From contig JBNKUM010000066.1 of the NCBI GenBank assembly GCA_050298595.1, positions 1 through 20,150 of the forward strand: 20,150 bases of DNA, in the 5' to 3' direction. Position numbers and translations under genes: made by a program. The stretch comes from Gammaproteobacteria bacterium. GTDB taxonomy: Bacteria; Pseudomonadota; Gammaproteobacteria; GCA-001735895. The notes under the pieces are model-generated. The model had not been told where the DNA came from. It made no database searches and saw nothing but the letters and a program-made list of their open reading frames with translations. Below, piece by piece: positions 8,423-18,332 of the stretch; within the stretch, counting starts at the first letter, position 1; every line of letters starts with the position of its first letter.

Positions 8423-8567
8423 GAATGGCACTTACTTAAGGCTGATACTGCGTCATTGCGAGGAGCTTGCGACGTGGCAATCTCTTTTGGCAGTTGGTTT
8501 CAGCACGGTTTAGAGATCGCCGCGCTAACGCTCGCGATGACAATTTTCCGTTAAGTAAGTGCCATTA
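8423..8567. mobile_element. 145-bp IS4-type MITE with 11-bp target-site duplication
   Basis: Perfect 16-bp inverted repeat AATGGCACTTACTTAA (8424-8439) / TTAAGTAAGTGCCATT (8551-8566). Direct repeat GGGTCAGAGAT at 8412-8422 and 8568-8578. The ends resemble IS4 termini (TAATGCC...GTTAAG). Confidence 0.8.
8452..8541. repeat. Palindromic (RPE/REP-like) element inside the MITE
   Basis: Nested inverted pairs GTCATTGCGAG (8452-8462)/CTCGCGATGAC (8531-8541) and GTGGCAATCTCT (8474-8485)/AGAGATCGCCGC (8512-8523). Confidence 0.75.
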
Positions 8568-8811
8568 GGGTCAGAGATAACTGGGGTTCGAAAGGCACTT
8601 AGTTGAGCCTTTTCAGATGACCAGATAGTCTTAGCTGATTTCTGGCATGAGGGTCATGCTCTGAGTGCGGCCCAGGCCAGGCCGGGTATTTAACCTGGAT
8701 TCCACAGTTGACCGCTCGGGTTGGAAGGTAACCCACTGTTTCGTTGGACTTAACAGTCGGTTTATCTTTTTACGCTCCTATGCTTCTTAATATAGATGGC
8801 AGAAAACATAA

Positions 8812-9228
8812 GTGACAAGTTTGAAAATAAAAAAATTCGAAAATGAATGGTGTCTACTTCAAAATCAGTTTGATAGTTATGAAAAGTATTCACTGCTAAT
8901 TAAGCTGGCAAATGCTGGTCTGTTATGCACTGCGTATTTTGTAAACAGGATGAGTGTTTTTGTCGTATTTCTGTTGCTGATTTTATGGATGCAGGATGCT
9001 ATCTGGAAAACCTTTCAGTCGCGTATTGAAACTCGCTTGTTGCAGATTGAAAACAGCCTGCTTTATGAATCTGATGAAAATGCATTTCAATTCAATAGCC
9101 AATACCAGATAAATCGTCCAGGGGTTGTAGGCCTGATAGCCGAGTATTTGAGGCAGGCACTAAGGCCGACGGTTGCATTTCCACATGTTGTACTTGTATT
9201 CATACAGGTTGTTGTACTTATTTTGTAA
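8812..9228 (+). CDS. Hypothetical membrane protein (138 aa)
   Basis: GTG-start ORF with two N-terminal hydrophobic segments and one C-terminal one; converges on the kinase stop without overlap. Confidence 0.7.
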   Translation: MTSLKIKKFENEWCLLQNQFDSYEKYSLLIKLANAGLLCTAYFVNRMSVFVVFLLLILWMQDAIWKTFQSRIETRLLQIENSLLYESDENAFQFNSQYQINRPGVVGLIAEYLRQALRPTVAFPHVVLVFIQVVVLIL

Positions 9229-9231
9229 AAA

Positions 9232-10077
9232 TCAGGCTTCCTTCAAACGTTCCTGGCGCTCCATCTCTTCCTGCATGGCAGCTTTTATTTCCAGCAACAC
9301 GGAATCTACATCGGCGGTTTTGGTACTTTCTTCAAAACATCCGGTTAACTCGGTTTCAGGATGAAGGTCACCTGCCTCATACAGAGACCAGATTTCCTTT
9401 CCATAGTGGGTATCGAGTAATTCTGGAGCATAACGTCCGTAGTATTCAGTGATTTTATTGACGTCACGTTCAAAGAACCGCTTTGCATTATTATTGGCTG
9501 TCGAATCGACAACCTGAGGAAGGTCGATGATTACCGGACCATAGTCATCCACCAGTACATTAAACTCTGATAGATCTCCATGCACCATGCCGGCAACCAG
9601 CATGCGGGTAATATATCGAATCATAATGGCGTGATCTTCCAGTGCCTGCTCAGTAGACATGGATACATCGTTTAAACGGGGAGCTACCTGCCCCTCATCA
9701 TCAGTGATCAATTCCATGATCAGTACACCATCAAAGCAGCCATAGGGTTTAGGCACACGTACATCGATAGCTGCGAGTTTATACAGTGCATCTACTTCGG
9801 TATTTTGCCAGGCCTGTTCCTGCTCATTGCGGCCAAACTTTGAGCCTTTTTCCATCGCTCTGGCGCGACGGCTATTGCGCACCTTGCGTCCTTCCTGATA
9901 AACCACGGCCTGCTTGAAGCTACGGTTATAGGTTTCCTTATAGACTTTGGCGCAGCGTATCTCAGAGCCACAGCGCACAACATAGACATCGGCCTCTTTT
10001 CCACTCATTAGACGACGCAGGACTTCGTCAATCAGGCCTTCGTTGATCAGGGGGAGTATTCGCTTTGGGATTTTCAT
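9232..10077 (-). CDS. RIO1-like Ser/Thr protein kinase (PA4780 family)
   Basis: LMSGKEADVY, CAKVYK, VHGDLSEFNVL and IIDLPQ motifs. Confidence 0.93.
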   Translation of the reverse strand: MKIPKRILPLINEGLIDEVLRRLMSGKEADVYVVRCGSEIRCAKVYKETYNRSFKQAVVYQEGRKVRNSRRARAMEKGSKFGRNEQEQAWQNTEVDALYKLAAIDVRVPKPYGCFDGVLIMELITDDEGQVAPRLNDVSMSTEQALEDHAIMIRYITRMLVAGMVHGDLSEFNVLVDDYGPVIIDLPQVVDSTANNNAKRFFERDVNKITEYYGRYAPELLDTHYGKEIWSLYEAGDLHPETELTGCFEESTKTADVDSVLLEIKAAMQEEMERQERLKEA

Positions 10078-10729
10078 GGCGCCTTATACCTTATTTCTGC
10101 CTAAGATGAAATCAAAGTGCAGGGTATTTTTGGTGGTTTATTGAGAATTTAAACTCTTCTGATGATCAGTGCCAGGCCAAAAAGTAGTATGATTTACCGG
10201 GAACCGCTGGTACTCCCGGAAAATAGGGCTTATATCTTCCCCGCAAGCTACCTGGAAAACTCATCACGAAGTTGTGAATAACTACCTGGTTTACCCGCTG
10301 CAGTTATGGTGGGTATTCAGAGTGAATCCTAAAGAATTAGTAAATCATTTCACATGATCAACACACTCAGGTTTTTTTCCTGAAACGCTCGATGTTTACA
10401 AACGTGAGTTTTCCGACTCTCTGGGTTGATATCTGTATGTCACATATTTCTTCTGTATCCGAGTAATTCCTGATTGTCAGTTCGGTTTTAATCTCTGTAT
10501 GAGCGCAGCCGGTTTCAAATTCAGACCCTGTCGCAGCCTTTGTCTTAACTGTGACTACAGAGAGCTGCCTGATCGACTTTTAAAGTAGTTTTGAATTCAT
10601 CGTAGAGAGTCTATAAAAGGGAAATATTTTACTGATCATTGAACTTTAAAATGTGATCTCTATCCATAGTAAATATCTAAACTGATAAGAAGGTTGCTAT
10701 TTAACAAATCTACTTTCAGGAGAGATATC

Positions 10730-11261
10730 ATGTCAGAAAAAGATTGATATACCTGCACCAGCCAATCAGCAGAATTCAACAAACAGGTGTACTCCGTTAA
10801 TAGTAAAAAACGATGATTTTTTATTACTCGTTTGCAGTAGGTAACTGGAATCCATATGCAGAAATTGAACGTTTGCAGCGCAATATGGACAGGATTTTTA
10901 ATAATGCTTTTAATGGTGTTGTCAGTGGTCCCTTTTCCAGGAGTATTTTTTTTATAACACTGCAGCTTTGCCACAGATGAATGTAGACGAAGATAATTCA
11001 CAATATACAATTACTCTTGACCTCCCTGGGGCCGATCAAAATAACATCTCCGTGAATCTGGAAGGTCAACAATTGACAGTTAGTGGTGAGCAGAGCCTGG
11101 ATCAGCAAAAAAAGGATTCGAATGGTAATGTGATATTCCAGGAGCGCCATTCAGGAAAATTTCAACGCAGTATCTCCCTACCTGAATCTGTCAAGAATAA
11201 TAGCCTGTTAACGCATGTTGATAATGGTGTGCTTACAATTACTGTGAAAAAGCCTGGTTAA
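10730..11261 (+). pseudogene. Hsp20/alpha-crystallin family small heat-shock protein, frameshifted 5' region
   Basis: 10968..11261 encodes the alpha-crystallin domain (DLPG, LTVSGE, ERHSGKFQRSISLP, NGVLTITV). The typical upstream segment WNPYAEIERLQRNMDRIFNNAF (from 10846) is in another frame. The ATG at 10730 with an AGGAG RBS reaches a stop after 5 codons. Confidence 0.75.
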
Positions 11262-11531
11262 TACATGAGTACGTGAGAGGGATCGATAAATCAATCTCTC
11301 TCATTATGCATAAGTAGAATAATATACTCATTAATGGCTCACGTAGCCTTTACCAAAAGTCCAAAATATTCATCGCTATTTACATGTTTTTTTTGATTGA
11401 GGTTGCATGTATTTAACGGGGCATTATCTTTGATTTTCCGCTTACTTTTGAGGATTTATGAGAATGTTTGAAATCATATTGTTAACGCGATTATAAAGGC
11501 CGTCTTACACTGACAGGTTTGCAAAAAATAT

Positions 11532-12377
11532 TTATACCCGTGTGACTCTTGCGCCCAGATTCGCCATACCTGCCTGATACACCGCACTGGTCACTACGCC
11601 ATCGATTCCGATAGCCGCAAAGTCTTTTACATTGTTGATATTGATACCTCCAGCGCCTAGAATTTTTACCTGCGGATGATGTTCATTCCTGTATTCTATT
11701 ATCTTTCCAATCTTATCTACGTCGAGTTTATCCAGTTGCAATACATCGGCATCATGCTGCATTAACGCGATTGCATCATCAAAATTTTCGCTTTCAACCA
11801 CGATCTTTTTTTCTACCACATGTGGTTTCAGTTGCTGGATAAAAGAATAAAACTCGGCATCGTTCTGGTAGATTATGCGATGCGCATTAAAAAATAGAAT
11901 AGTTTCGCTCAAGCCCAGACGATGTGGCATCGCACCTCCGCACATGGCTGCCTTGATGCAGAATTTTTTTGCGAAAGGAAATGTTTTGCGGGTGGTTAAC
12001 AGCTCGCAGTTTGGATTTACCTGGCGGATAGCCTGGTTCATTAAAAATGTATAACTCGCAATCTTGCAGCTATATTCAAGCAGTATCTGGGTTAAGCGGT
12101 AAGCCTGATGGACCTGATTGTAATCACCCTGATAACTCAGGATGACAGCATCTTGTTTAGCTGACTGGGTGCTGGGTATGGTGGACAATACCTGGCAGTT
12201 AAAGTATTCAGCAATTTTTGCAGCTTCTTCACTACAGGCAACCACCACCTCTTCGCGAGTAAAAATATCAATGCGCACCTGTTGATCGATACAGTTCTGT
12301 AACAAGGTGGTTAAATCGAAATAGGGAATATCTTCGTTGATGTATTCGAGTAAATCCTGCTGACTCAAGTTAAACAT
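11532..12377 (-). CDS. modD: ModD protein (NadC/ModD phosphoribosyltransferase-like family)
   Basis: EDIPYFDLTT, TTRKTFP, HRLGLSETIL, QLDK and AGGIN motifs are characteristic of ModD rather than NadC. Confidence 0.85.
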   Translation of the reverse strand: MFNLSQQDLLEYINEDIPYFDLTTLLQNCIDQQVRIDIFTREEVVVACSEEAAKIAEYFNCQVLSTIPSTQSAKQDAVILSYQGDYNQVHQAYRLTQILLEYSCKIASYTFLMNQAIRQVNPNCELLTTRKTFPFAKKFCIKAAMCGGAMPHRLGLSETILFFNAHRIIYQNDAEFYSFIQQLKPHVVEKKIVVESENFDDAIALMQHDADVLQLDKLDVDKIGKIIEYRNEHHPQVKILGAGGININNVKDFAAIGIDGVVTSAVYQAGMANLGARVTRV

Positions 12378-12610
12378 AATTTTTTCTAAATGATTGATCG
12401 TTAGCCCGTACCATAGACACGAGATGGAAAGGATGCATTAAGAATTTTTAATCTTCCCGGTATAATCTCAAAAAGACGCGATTGTAAGAATCTTTCAGAG
12501 TGTATATGCGCTTTATGACCGTGCAGGCCCCTTAGGTAATGCGCGAGTATTGGAGTGGTAAGCGAGTAGCTTCTTAAATCCGCTGCTGGCGATAAACAGA
12601 AGTTGAGAGC

Positions 12611-13297
12611 TCATGGATTAGCAGGGTCAGATAAACCGGCTTCTCTAAACCCTTTGGCGCGAAGTTGACAGGAGTCACAATGACCGCAGGGCTTACCATT
12701 GCTGTCAGGATCGTAACAGCTCAGGGTTAACCCATAATCAACGCCAAGTTCGATACCACGCTGGATAATCTGAGCCTTAGATAGCTCGATCAATGGGGTG
12801 TGGATTTTGATTTTAGTGCTACCTTCAACACCGGCTTTGGTTGCCAGATTCGCCATGTTTTCATAGGCATGGATATATTCGGGTCGGCAATCTGGATAGC
12901 CACTGTAATCCAGCGCATTCACACCGATAAAGATATCCGACGCTTCAAGTACTTCAGCCCAGGCCAGTGCAAAGGAAAGGAAAATCGTGTTACGTGCGGG
13001 CACGTAGGTGATCGGGATTTCATGATCTATAATGGATTCATCACGGTCATGCGGTACGGCAATGTCGGCGGTCAGGGCTGAGCCACCGAATATACGCAGA
13101 TCGATATCAGCGACAATATGCTCGGCAACCCCAAGATATTCGGCGACGCGGCGGGCTGATTCAAGTTCAATGATGTGGCGTTGTCCGTATCTAAAAGAAA
13201 GTGCGTATGGAGTAAATCCCTGGTCACGTGCGATGGCCAGTGCAGTAGCGGAGTCGAGGCCCCCACTTAGCAGAACTACAGATTTCATTTCAGACAT
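12611..13297 (-). CDS. queC: 7-cyano-7-deazaguanine synthase QueC
   Basis: [30 protein letters not shown] and SCY...CGHCDSC motifs. Start at 13297 or 13288. Confidence 0.96.
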   Translation of the reverse strand: MSEMKSVVLLSGGLDSATALAIARDQGFTPYALSFRYGQRHIIELESARRVAEYLGVAEHIVADIDLRIFGGSALTADIAVPHDRDESIIDHEIPITYVPARNTIFLSFALAWAEVLEASDIFIGVNALDYSGYPDCRPEYIHAYENMANLATKAGVEGSTKIKIHTPLIELSKAQIIQRGIELGVDYGLTLSCYDPDSNGKPCGHCDSCQLRAKGFREAGLSDPANP

Positions 13298-13409
13298 AAT
13301 ATTGTAACGGTTTAAAAACATTAAATTGCGTATAAGCGTTTGCAGAGGAATCCTACTGTTGCCCGGTTGCTTATACAGCTACTTTCGCTTAGTTAACTAG
13401 TTTTATTAA

Positions 13410-16400
13410 TTAACTACAAGTTAATCTTTTTCTTAATGGTACTAACCCTAATAACACCACCAACAGCAAGTACATCGAGCCACCACCACTATTACTTCCA
13501 CTTCTTCCACCTGATTCACCCCACCGAGACGAATCCAATGGGTACTGATCGTCATTGTCAGTAATTTCATCCCCATCCGAATCACTTTCCAGTGGGTTTG
13601 TACCAAATGTCACTTCCTGGCCGTTATTTAAACCATCGCCATCGCTATCAACGTTTGGAGCCAAGAAGTAAAAATTGTCAATTGAAACTCTATCGACAGC
13701 TGAGCTCAAACCTGCGTTTTTACTATATACCAGGCTAATAGTATGCTCCCCCTTTGTTAATTCAAGACTGACCGCCTGGCTCGCTTCACCTGAAATTTCG
13801 GTTTGCGTTTGACCATCCAGCATTATAATCAGTCGATCATGATCTTGTTCTGAGTTGACGTTAGCAGTAAAGCTTAATATGCCTTCCTCGAACACGTTCA
13901 CATAGTTGATTTTAGCAATTTTATTATTAGATACCGGCTCCGCCATCAATTGCTTTTCACCCGCCCCATTCGACTCAATAACCCAGGTTTCTTTTGTATC
14001 ACTCGTCCAGTTGTTGCTGAGTACACTGCTAAAGTCCTCAGCAAAATAGGCTACCGCTGGATGACTCGATGCATCATTGAGGTCGGTTCCATATTTTGCT
14101 TCAGTGCTATTGTCGATTCCATCCTGATCTAAATCGAGAGCACCGTCAGTTGCGTCAACCGGATTAAGTCCCAGATAAACTTCAATGCCGTCTGTAATAA
14201 GGTCACCATCGGTATCGGCATTATCTGGTTCAGTAAGACCACTATCCACTTCTTTCAAGTCGGAGATAGCATCACCATCACTATCCGCTAGCATTGGATT
14301 CGTATCAATATTAAATTCTTCAAGATTAGAAAGTCCATCCTGATCAGCATCAAGCGCTGCATCAGCAGGATCATTGATGTCAAAACCATAGGCTTTTTCC
14401 CAGGCATCATGCACTCCATCACTATCAGAATCAATAAATTGCCCGGTGTAATACACATTATCAACCCAGACTGCATCGTATCCTGAACTTATTGAATAAT
14501 CCTTTTTATAAGAGAAAATAATATTGTGAGGTCCTGCTTTCAAAGGAATACTAACAGACCGCCAGTCATTTTCTCCAGACAGGAAATATACTAAATGAGA
14601 ATCAACGTATACTTCAAAATAATCAAAATTATATTCAGTTGACGTTTTTATATCAAAAGTCAGATTACCTTCTTCAGCAACTATGTCCCAGGAAATAGCA
14701 GCCAGGCCATTGTCATCTATATCTTCTGAGCCCAAACTAAAGTACCCTTCATAAGCCTGAGTAGTAGTGGGTGAAAAGATAACATCTGCGCTCGAAGACA
14801 TTTCTGAGCCAGTCAGCGTTTCGTCATCTTCAAATCCGAATTTGATGCTACTAGCTGTAGGAATCTTGAAGCTACCTGCATTGTTTGGATCTGTCTGGTC
14901 TTTAAATTCTACTAAATTAGAATTGCCATCTTCGTCTGCATCAAGAGCTGCATCTGAAACATCCAGGGGATTGAAGTTATTTGCGATTTCCCAACCGTCT
15001 GACATGCCATCTTCGTCCGAGTCATGGCTGTTTACTCCGGTCCCTAATGTATTGTATTCATCGCCATCTCCCAGGCCATCATCATCGGTATCTCGATCCT
15101 TAGGATTAAAGCCATTATTGATTTCTTCCCGATTTGACAGGCCATCTGAATCAAAATCGAAACTCATATCATCAGGATTATTCGGGTCAAAGCCAAGCAA
15201 GCGTTCTGTTAAATCAGATATGCCGTCAGCGTCTTCATCAATCCCGTTTCCACCGCACTCTACGCCAACTATTGAGAAAGCTTCATAAACATCAAACCAT
15301 GGGTAACGCAAATCAAAAGCGGCGTTTATTACGCCACAAGCACCATCTTCAAATGATGAATCAGGCATCCAGTAGGCTTGATTAGCCAATACAAATACAT
15401 CGAACGCTTTGCGCGGATCCCACCCTTCTTTATTGGATAGCAAATAATACGCTCGATTAAACACGCCGCTACTATAGTGAACATCCATGCCTTCAAAGTA
15501 ATCCGAAGCGTGGCCAATTGATCTGCCATCCCGGGTGGGATCCTCAAAATAGCGAAGACCGTCACCATTCTTATATATATCAGAGCCCACAAACCAATCT
15601 ACATCACCTTTCCAGAAATATTCGCCAGCTTCACCTGCGATGTCAGAAAATGCCTCATTTATGCCGCCAGATTGGCCATAGTAATTTAAATTGGAGTTAA
15701 ACTGTGTGAAACCATGACTCACTTCATGGACTGTTACATTAACATCCACCAGAGGATAGAATTTGCTGTGACCATCGCCAAATATCATGCTCTGGCCATC
15801 CCAGTATGCATTTTCATGACCCTGTCCGTAGTGAACTTTCAATGACATTTGAAAAGGTAATGGCGTTGTATCATACCATTGCTCATACATGTTAAAAGTC
15901 AAATTTCCAAAATAATAGGCGTCATTAATTGGCGAATACGCACCATTGATTTCCTGGAATGTATTTTCCGGACAAGTAAAAGAATACGGCGTGTTATCTT
16001 GCCAATTATCCTCATTATTTAAATTGACGACTTTAACATTTGTGTTTTCAAAAACGCACCTACCATCACCACCATCAGCTACATCCAAAGCCGGAAAATC
16101 AGTGCCATATTGGTATTGACCAGTTTTTTCGTTACCACCAGGGCCTGTCGCCTGAACATGCATTAATGTGTCCCAGTTTTTATAGACACGACCATTATTC
16201 GCATCAATGATGAACATATGCCTGACAACTCCACCAGCCTTTTTATTTGCCATTATTTCAACATGGTAAGCTAAATGAGCTTCGCCAAATTCTTCATCCT
16301 GGAAAACAATTAGATCGGCCTTCTCTTTTATGTATTGACTCAATTCACCAAGTTTCATAGGAGCAATATTTCGTATAATAGAAAGGATTGAGGCGACATC

Positions 16401-16775
16401 ATTTTTCGGATTTATGTTGCTTCCAGTATCGGATTCAATTTTTGAAAGCGCTTGACCACTGATACGAATATCTAGCGAAGTTTTGGAGGAATGCGTAACA
16501 ACCTGCTGACCCCAGACAGGAATACCTTTAAACATTTGTTGATAACGAACATGATTGTTACCTTTCATATCCTTTGTTAGCGACTTTTGTGAGAATTTGT
16601 AATCCGTACCAAGTTTAAGATATTGCGCAAACCCCATACCTCTTTGTGATAAGCCTGTAAACTGAGTTACAAGCTTTGTTGGCCTCGAGGAAAATTCAAT
16701 ATTTTCTGCTGCTTGCAATCCTGCACTTACAGTTAAGGTCAATCCTATTGCAATCCATGCGACTAAATTTTTCAC
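13410..16775 (-). CDS. Secreted M4 (thermolysin/vibriolysin-like) zinc metalloprotease with acidic DxDxDG repeats, two beta-rich domains and GlyGly-CTERM
   Basis: GTG start with AAGGA RBS; signal peptide; FTP/PepSY-like propeptide (HVRYQQMFKGIPVWG, FIIDANNG); ATGPGGNEKTG mature start; NAYWDG; HEVSH (15714-15728); NEAFSD; DVHYSSG; many D-x-D-x-D-G repeats; C-terminal SGGGS + TM helix + RKR. Confidence 0.95.
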   Translation of the reverse strand: MKNLVAWIAIGLTLTVSAGLQAAENIEFSSRPTKLVTQFTGLSQRGMGFAQYLKLGTDYKFSQKSLTKDMKGNNHVRYQQMFKGIPVWGQQVVTHSSKTSLDIRISGQALSKIESDTGSNINPKNDVASILSIIRNIAPMKLGELSQYIKEKADLIVFQDEEFGEAHLAYHVEIMANKKAGGVVRHMFIIDANNGRVYKNWDTLMHVQATGPGGNEKTGQYQYGTDFPALDVADGGDGRCVFENTNVKVVNLNNEDNWQDNTPYSFTCPENTFQEINGAYSPINDAYYFGNLTFNMYEQWYDTTPLPFQMSLKVHYGQGHENAYWDGQSMIFGDGHSKFYPLVDVNVTVHEVSHGFTQFNSNLNYYGQSGGINEAFSDIAGEAGEYFWKGDVDWFVGSDIYKNGDGLRYFEDPTRDGRSIGHASDYFEGMDVHYSSGVFNRAYYLLSNKEGWDPRKAFDVFVLANQAYWMPDSSFEDGACGVINAAFDLRYPWFDVYEAFSIVGVECGGNGIDEDADGISDLTERLLGFDPNNPDDMSFDFDSDGLSNREEINNGFNPKDRDTDDDGLGDGDEYNTLGTGVNSHDSDEDGMSDGWEIANNFNPLDVSDAALDADEDGNSNLVEFKDQTDPNNAGSFKIPTASSIKFGFEDDETLTGSEMSSSADVIFSPTTTQAYEGYFSLGSEDIDDNGLAAISWDIVAEEGNLTFDIKTSTEYNFDYFEVYVDSHLVYFLSGENDWRSVSIPLKAGPHNIIFSYKKDYSISSGYDAVWVDNVYYTGQFIDSDSDGVHDAWEKAYGFDINDPADAALDADQDGLSNLEEFNIDTNPMLADSDGDAISDLKEVDSGLTEPDNADTDGDLITDGIEVYLGLNPVDATDGALDLDQDGIDNSTEAKYGTDLNDASSHPAVAYFAEDFSSVLSNNWTSDTKETWVIESNGAGEKQLMAEPVSNNKIAKINYVNVFEEGILSFTANVNSEQDHDRLIIMLDGQTQTEISGEASQAVSLELTKGEHTISLVYSKNAGLSSAVDRVSIDNFYFLAPNVDSDGDGLNNGQEVTFGTNPLESDSDGDEITDNDDQYPLDSSRWGESGGRSGSNSGGGSMYLLLVVLLGLVPLRKRLTCS

Positions 16776-17310
16776 AATATTTCCTTGAAAAAAATCATCA
16801 AAATATTACGCCAGGATTCTGATGAAACTTTGTCATCTAAACACCTAAAATATCTATCACCTGGTTGCATTAGAAATTGAATAATTTTTTGTTAAATTTA
16901 AATCCAACATCAAAAAAAATACCTTCAGCCTGTTCAATAATTTTTTCAGATGAAAATAACAACAAAAGGAGAGCGAACATAGTGAGCGATGCCTTATAAG
17001 CCTATTGTTAGTCGAGCATGAAATCATGAATTTTGGTGCATTTGCATAGTTTCTTTTTCTACCGTTGATCTTCCATATAAACTGATCTTTCAGGTTTGAT
17101 TATTGCTATAAAAGAAAAATGTAATTTCTAAATAAAATCATCCTGCGAAAAATAATGTTCGCAGTTAAAATTTAGACGATAGGCAGCTGTCTTACAATTA
17201 GATAAACAGCGTAGGCAAAAAAACTATTTAAGCTATTTAGCGTAGGATACTCATAGCTATCTCTACCATACCCTAAAGAAAACCATAGCCATTAATCTAT
17301 GACCTCTACT

Positions 17311-17820
17311 TCAGCAATACGCTCTATTTACATCTAGCAGTGCCTGATCCTTCATGATTCGTAGCACGACCTGTTCAGTTTTTTGAAAACTACTTTAATG
17401 GCTTTTACTACATTGATTTTTTTGCTTTCTTTTCCTGTTAAAAATGATTTGACCTTATCGTTATATCTAATTGAAAAGTTGGTAGCTTCTATAAAAACCC
17501 TTACCTTGTATTTATTGCCATTCTTGTAGTTATTTTAATTTTACCCATTGCTAATCCGTACACTTTTAACACAGTGGAAAAAAGTTAAATAGTTGCTAAC
17601 CTTATTAAATAGACTCACCTATACCTGAAACACTCAGTAGTTTTTTATCCTCAGGTCGTAACTTCAATTGATTGACTCCTTTTTCAATCTCTGCAATTAT
17701 GGCTTGTATACTTTTTACGATGTGCATATAACTATTTAGTGTCAGAGTAATATTTAGATCATCCGAAAGCATATTATTAACCTCTTCAATTCCGATGATT
17801 TTGAGCTTGTTGGAATTCAT
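17311..17820 (-). pseudogene. IS110-family transposase remnant (C-terminal part)
   Basis: Fragments across frames: LLSVSGIGESI, CVKSVRISNG, NNYKNGNKY...FIEATNFSIRYNDKVKSF, KAIK, KLNRSCY and IMKDQ..DVNRAY. These match the IS110 C-terminal domain, with stops, frameshifts and an internal deletion. Confidence 0.8.
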
Positions 17821-18332
17821 CTATTGACTGGTATTTCGTATCAAGGGGTCGGACATACTGATTAGATATTTTCTATTCTTCCTTTGATCAACGACTCTGG
17901 CTCTTAGATACTTATCAGATAAATCAACTAGACTCGAAAATCATGTGGGATTTCAAGATGTATGGTTCAGTTATGGATGTAGTGAAATCGAAGGATTCAG
18001 GAAAATTTTGCGGTAAAAATCAAGGTTGAGCATGTCACATCGGATGACGCTTAAAAATGATTTATTAAATATCATCAATAACTTATGGAAAAGCTTTATG
18101 AGACTGAGAAATCGATAATTAAAAGGGCATCAAGCCAGAGCAAAAGAACAGGCTGCTCGATTGAAATACCTTATTGAAGGAGAAGATCCAAAAGAGTGTA
18201 TCCGTTCAAGAATCATACCTGATATCACCAATCAATGACCGGGCTATGGTGTTAATGGATATCAAATCAGACCGAATGTTAATGAACTCACGTTTGCAAA
18301 CGAAGTGGCGAATTTGTGAATACCTTAATCAA

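Noticed and set aside
10197-10219. CCGGGA...TCCCGG hairpin upstream of the RIO kinase
   Set aside because: Only a 6-bp stem with no U-tract or second copy; no function assignable.
10639-10669. Possible sigma-32 promoter before Hsp20 (TTGAAC...ATCCATAG)
   Set aside because: Both boxes deviate from consensus and the spacing is too long.
12611-13297. queC as part of a QueC-based defence or DNA-modification system
   Set aside because: The sequence is canonical QueC, and no dpd, qat or CBASS-type partner genes are adjacent.
13322-13409. preQ1 riboswitch upstream of queC
   Set aside because: Only an 8-bp inverted repeat (GTATAAGC/GCTTATAC) is visible; the preQ1-I stem-loop plus A-rich tail consensus is not met.
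14767-15288. 173-aa Ser-rich plus-strand ORF
   Set aside because: Antisense shadow of the Asp-rich repeats of the protease.
17930-18330. Broken plus-strand frames (e.g. LKGHQARAKEQAARLKYLIEGEDPKE) and ORF 18174..18386
   Set aside because: May be a gene relic, but no family was recognised; needs BLASTX.
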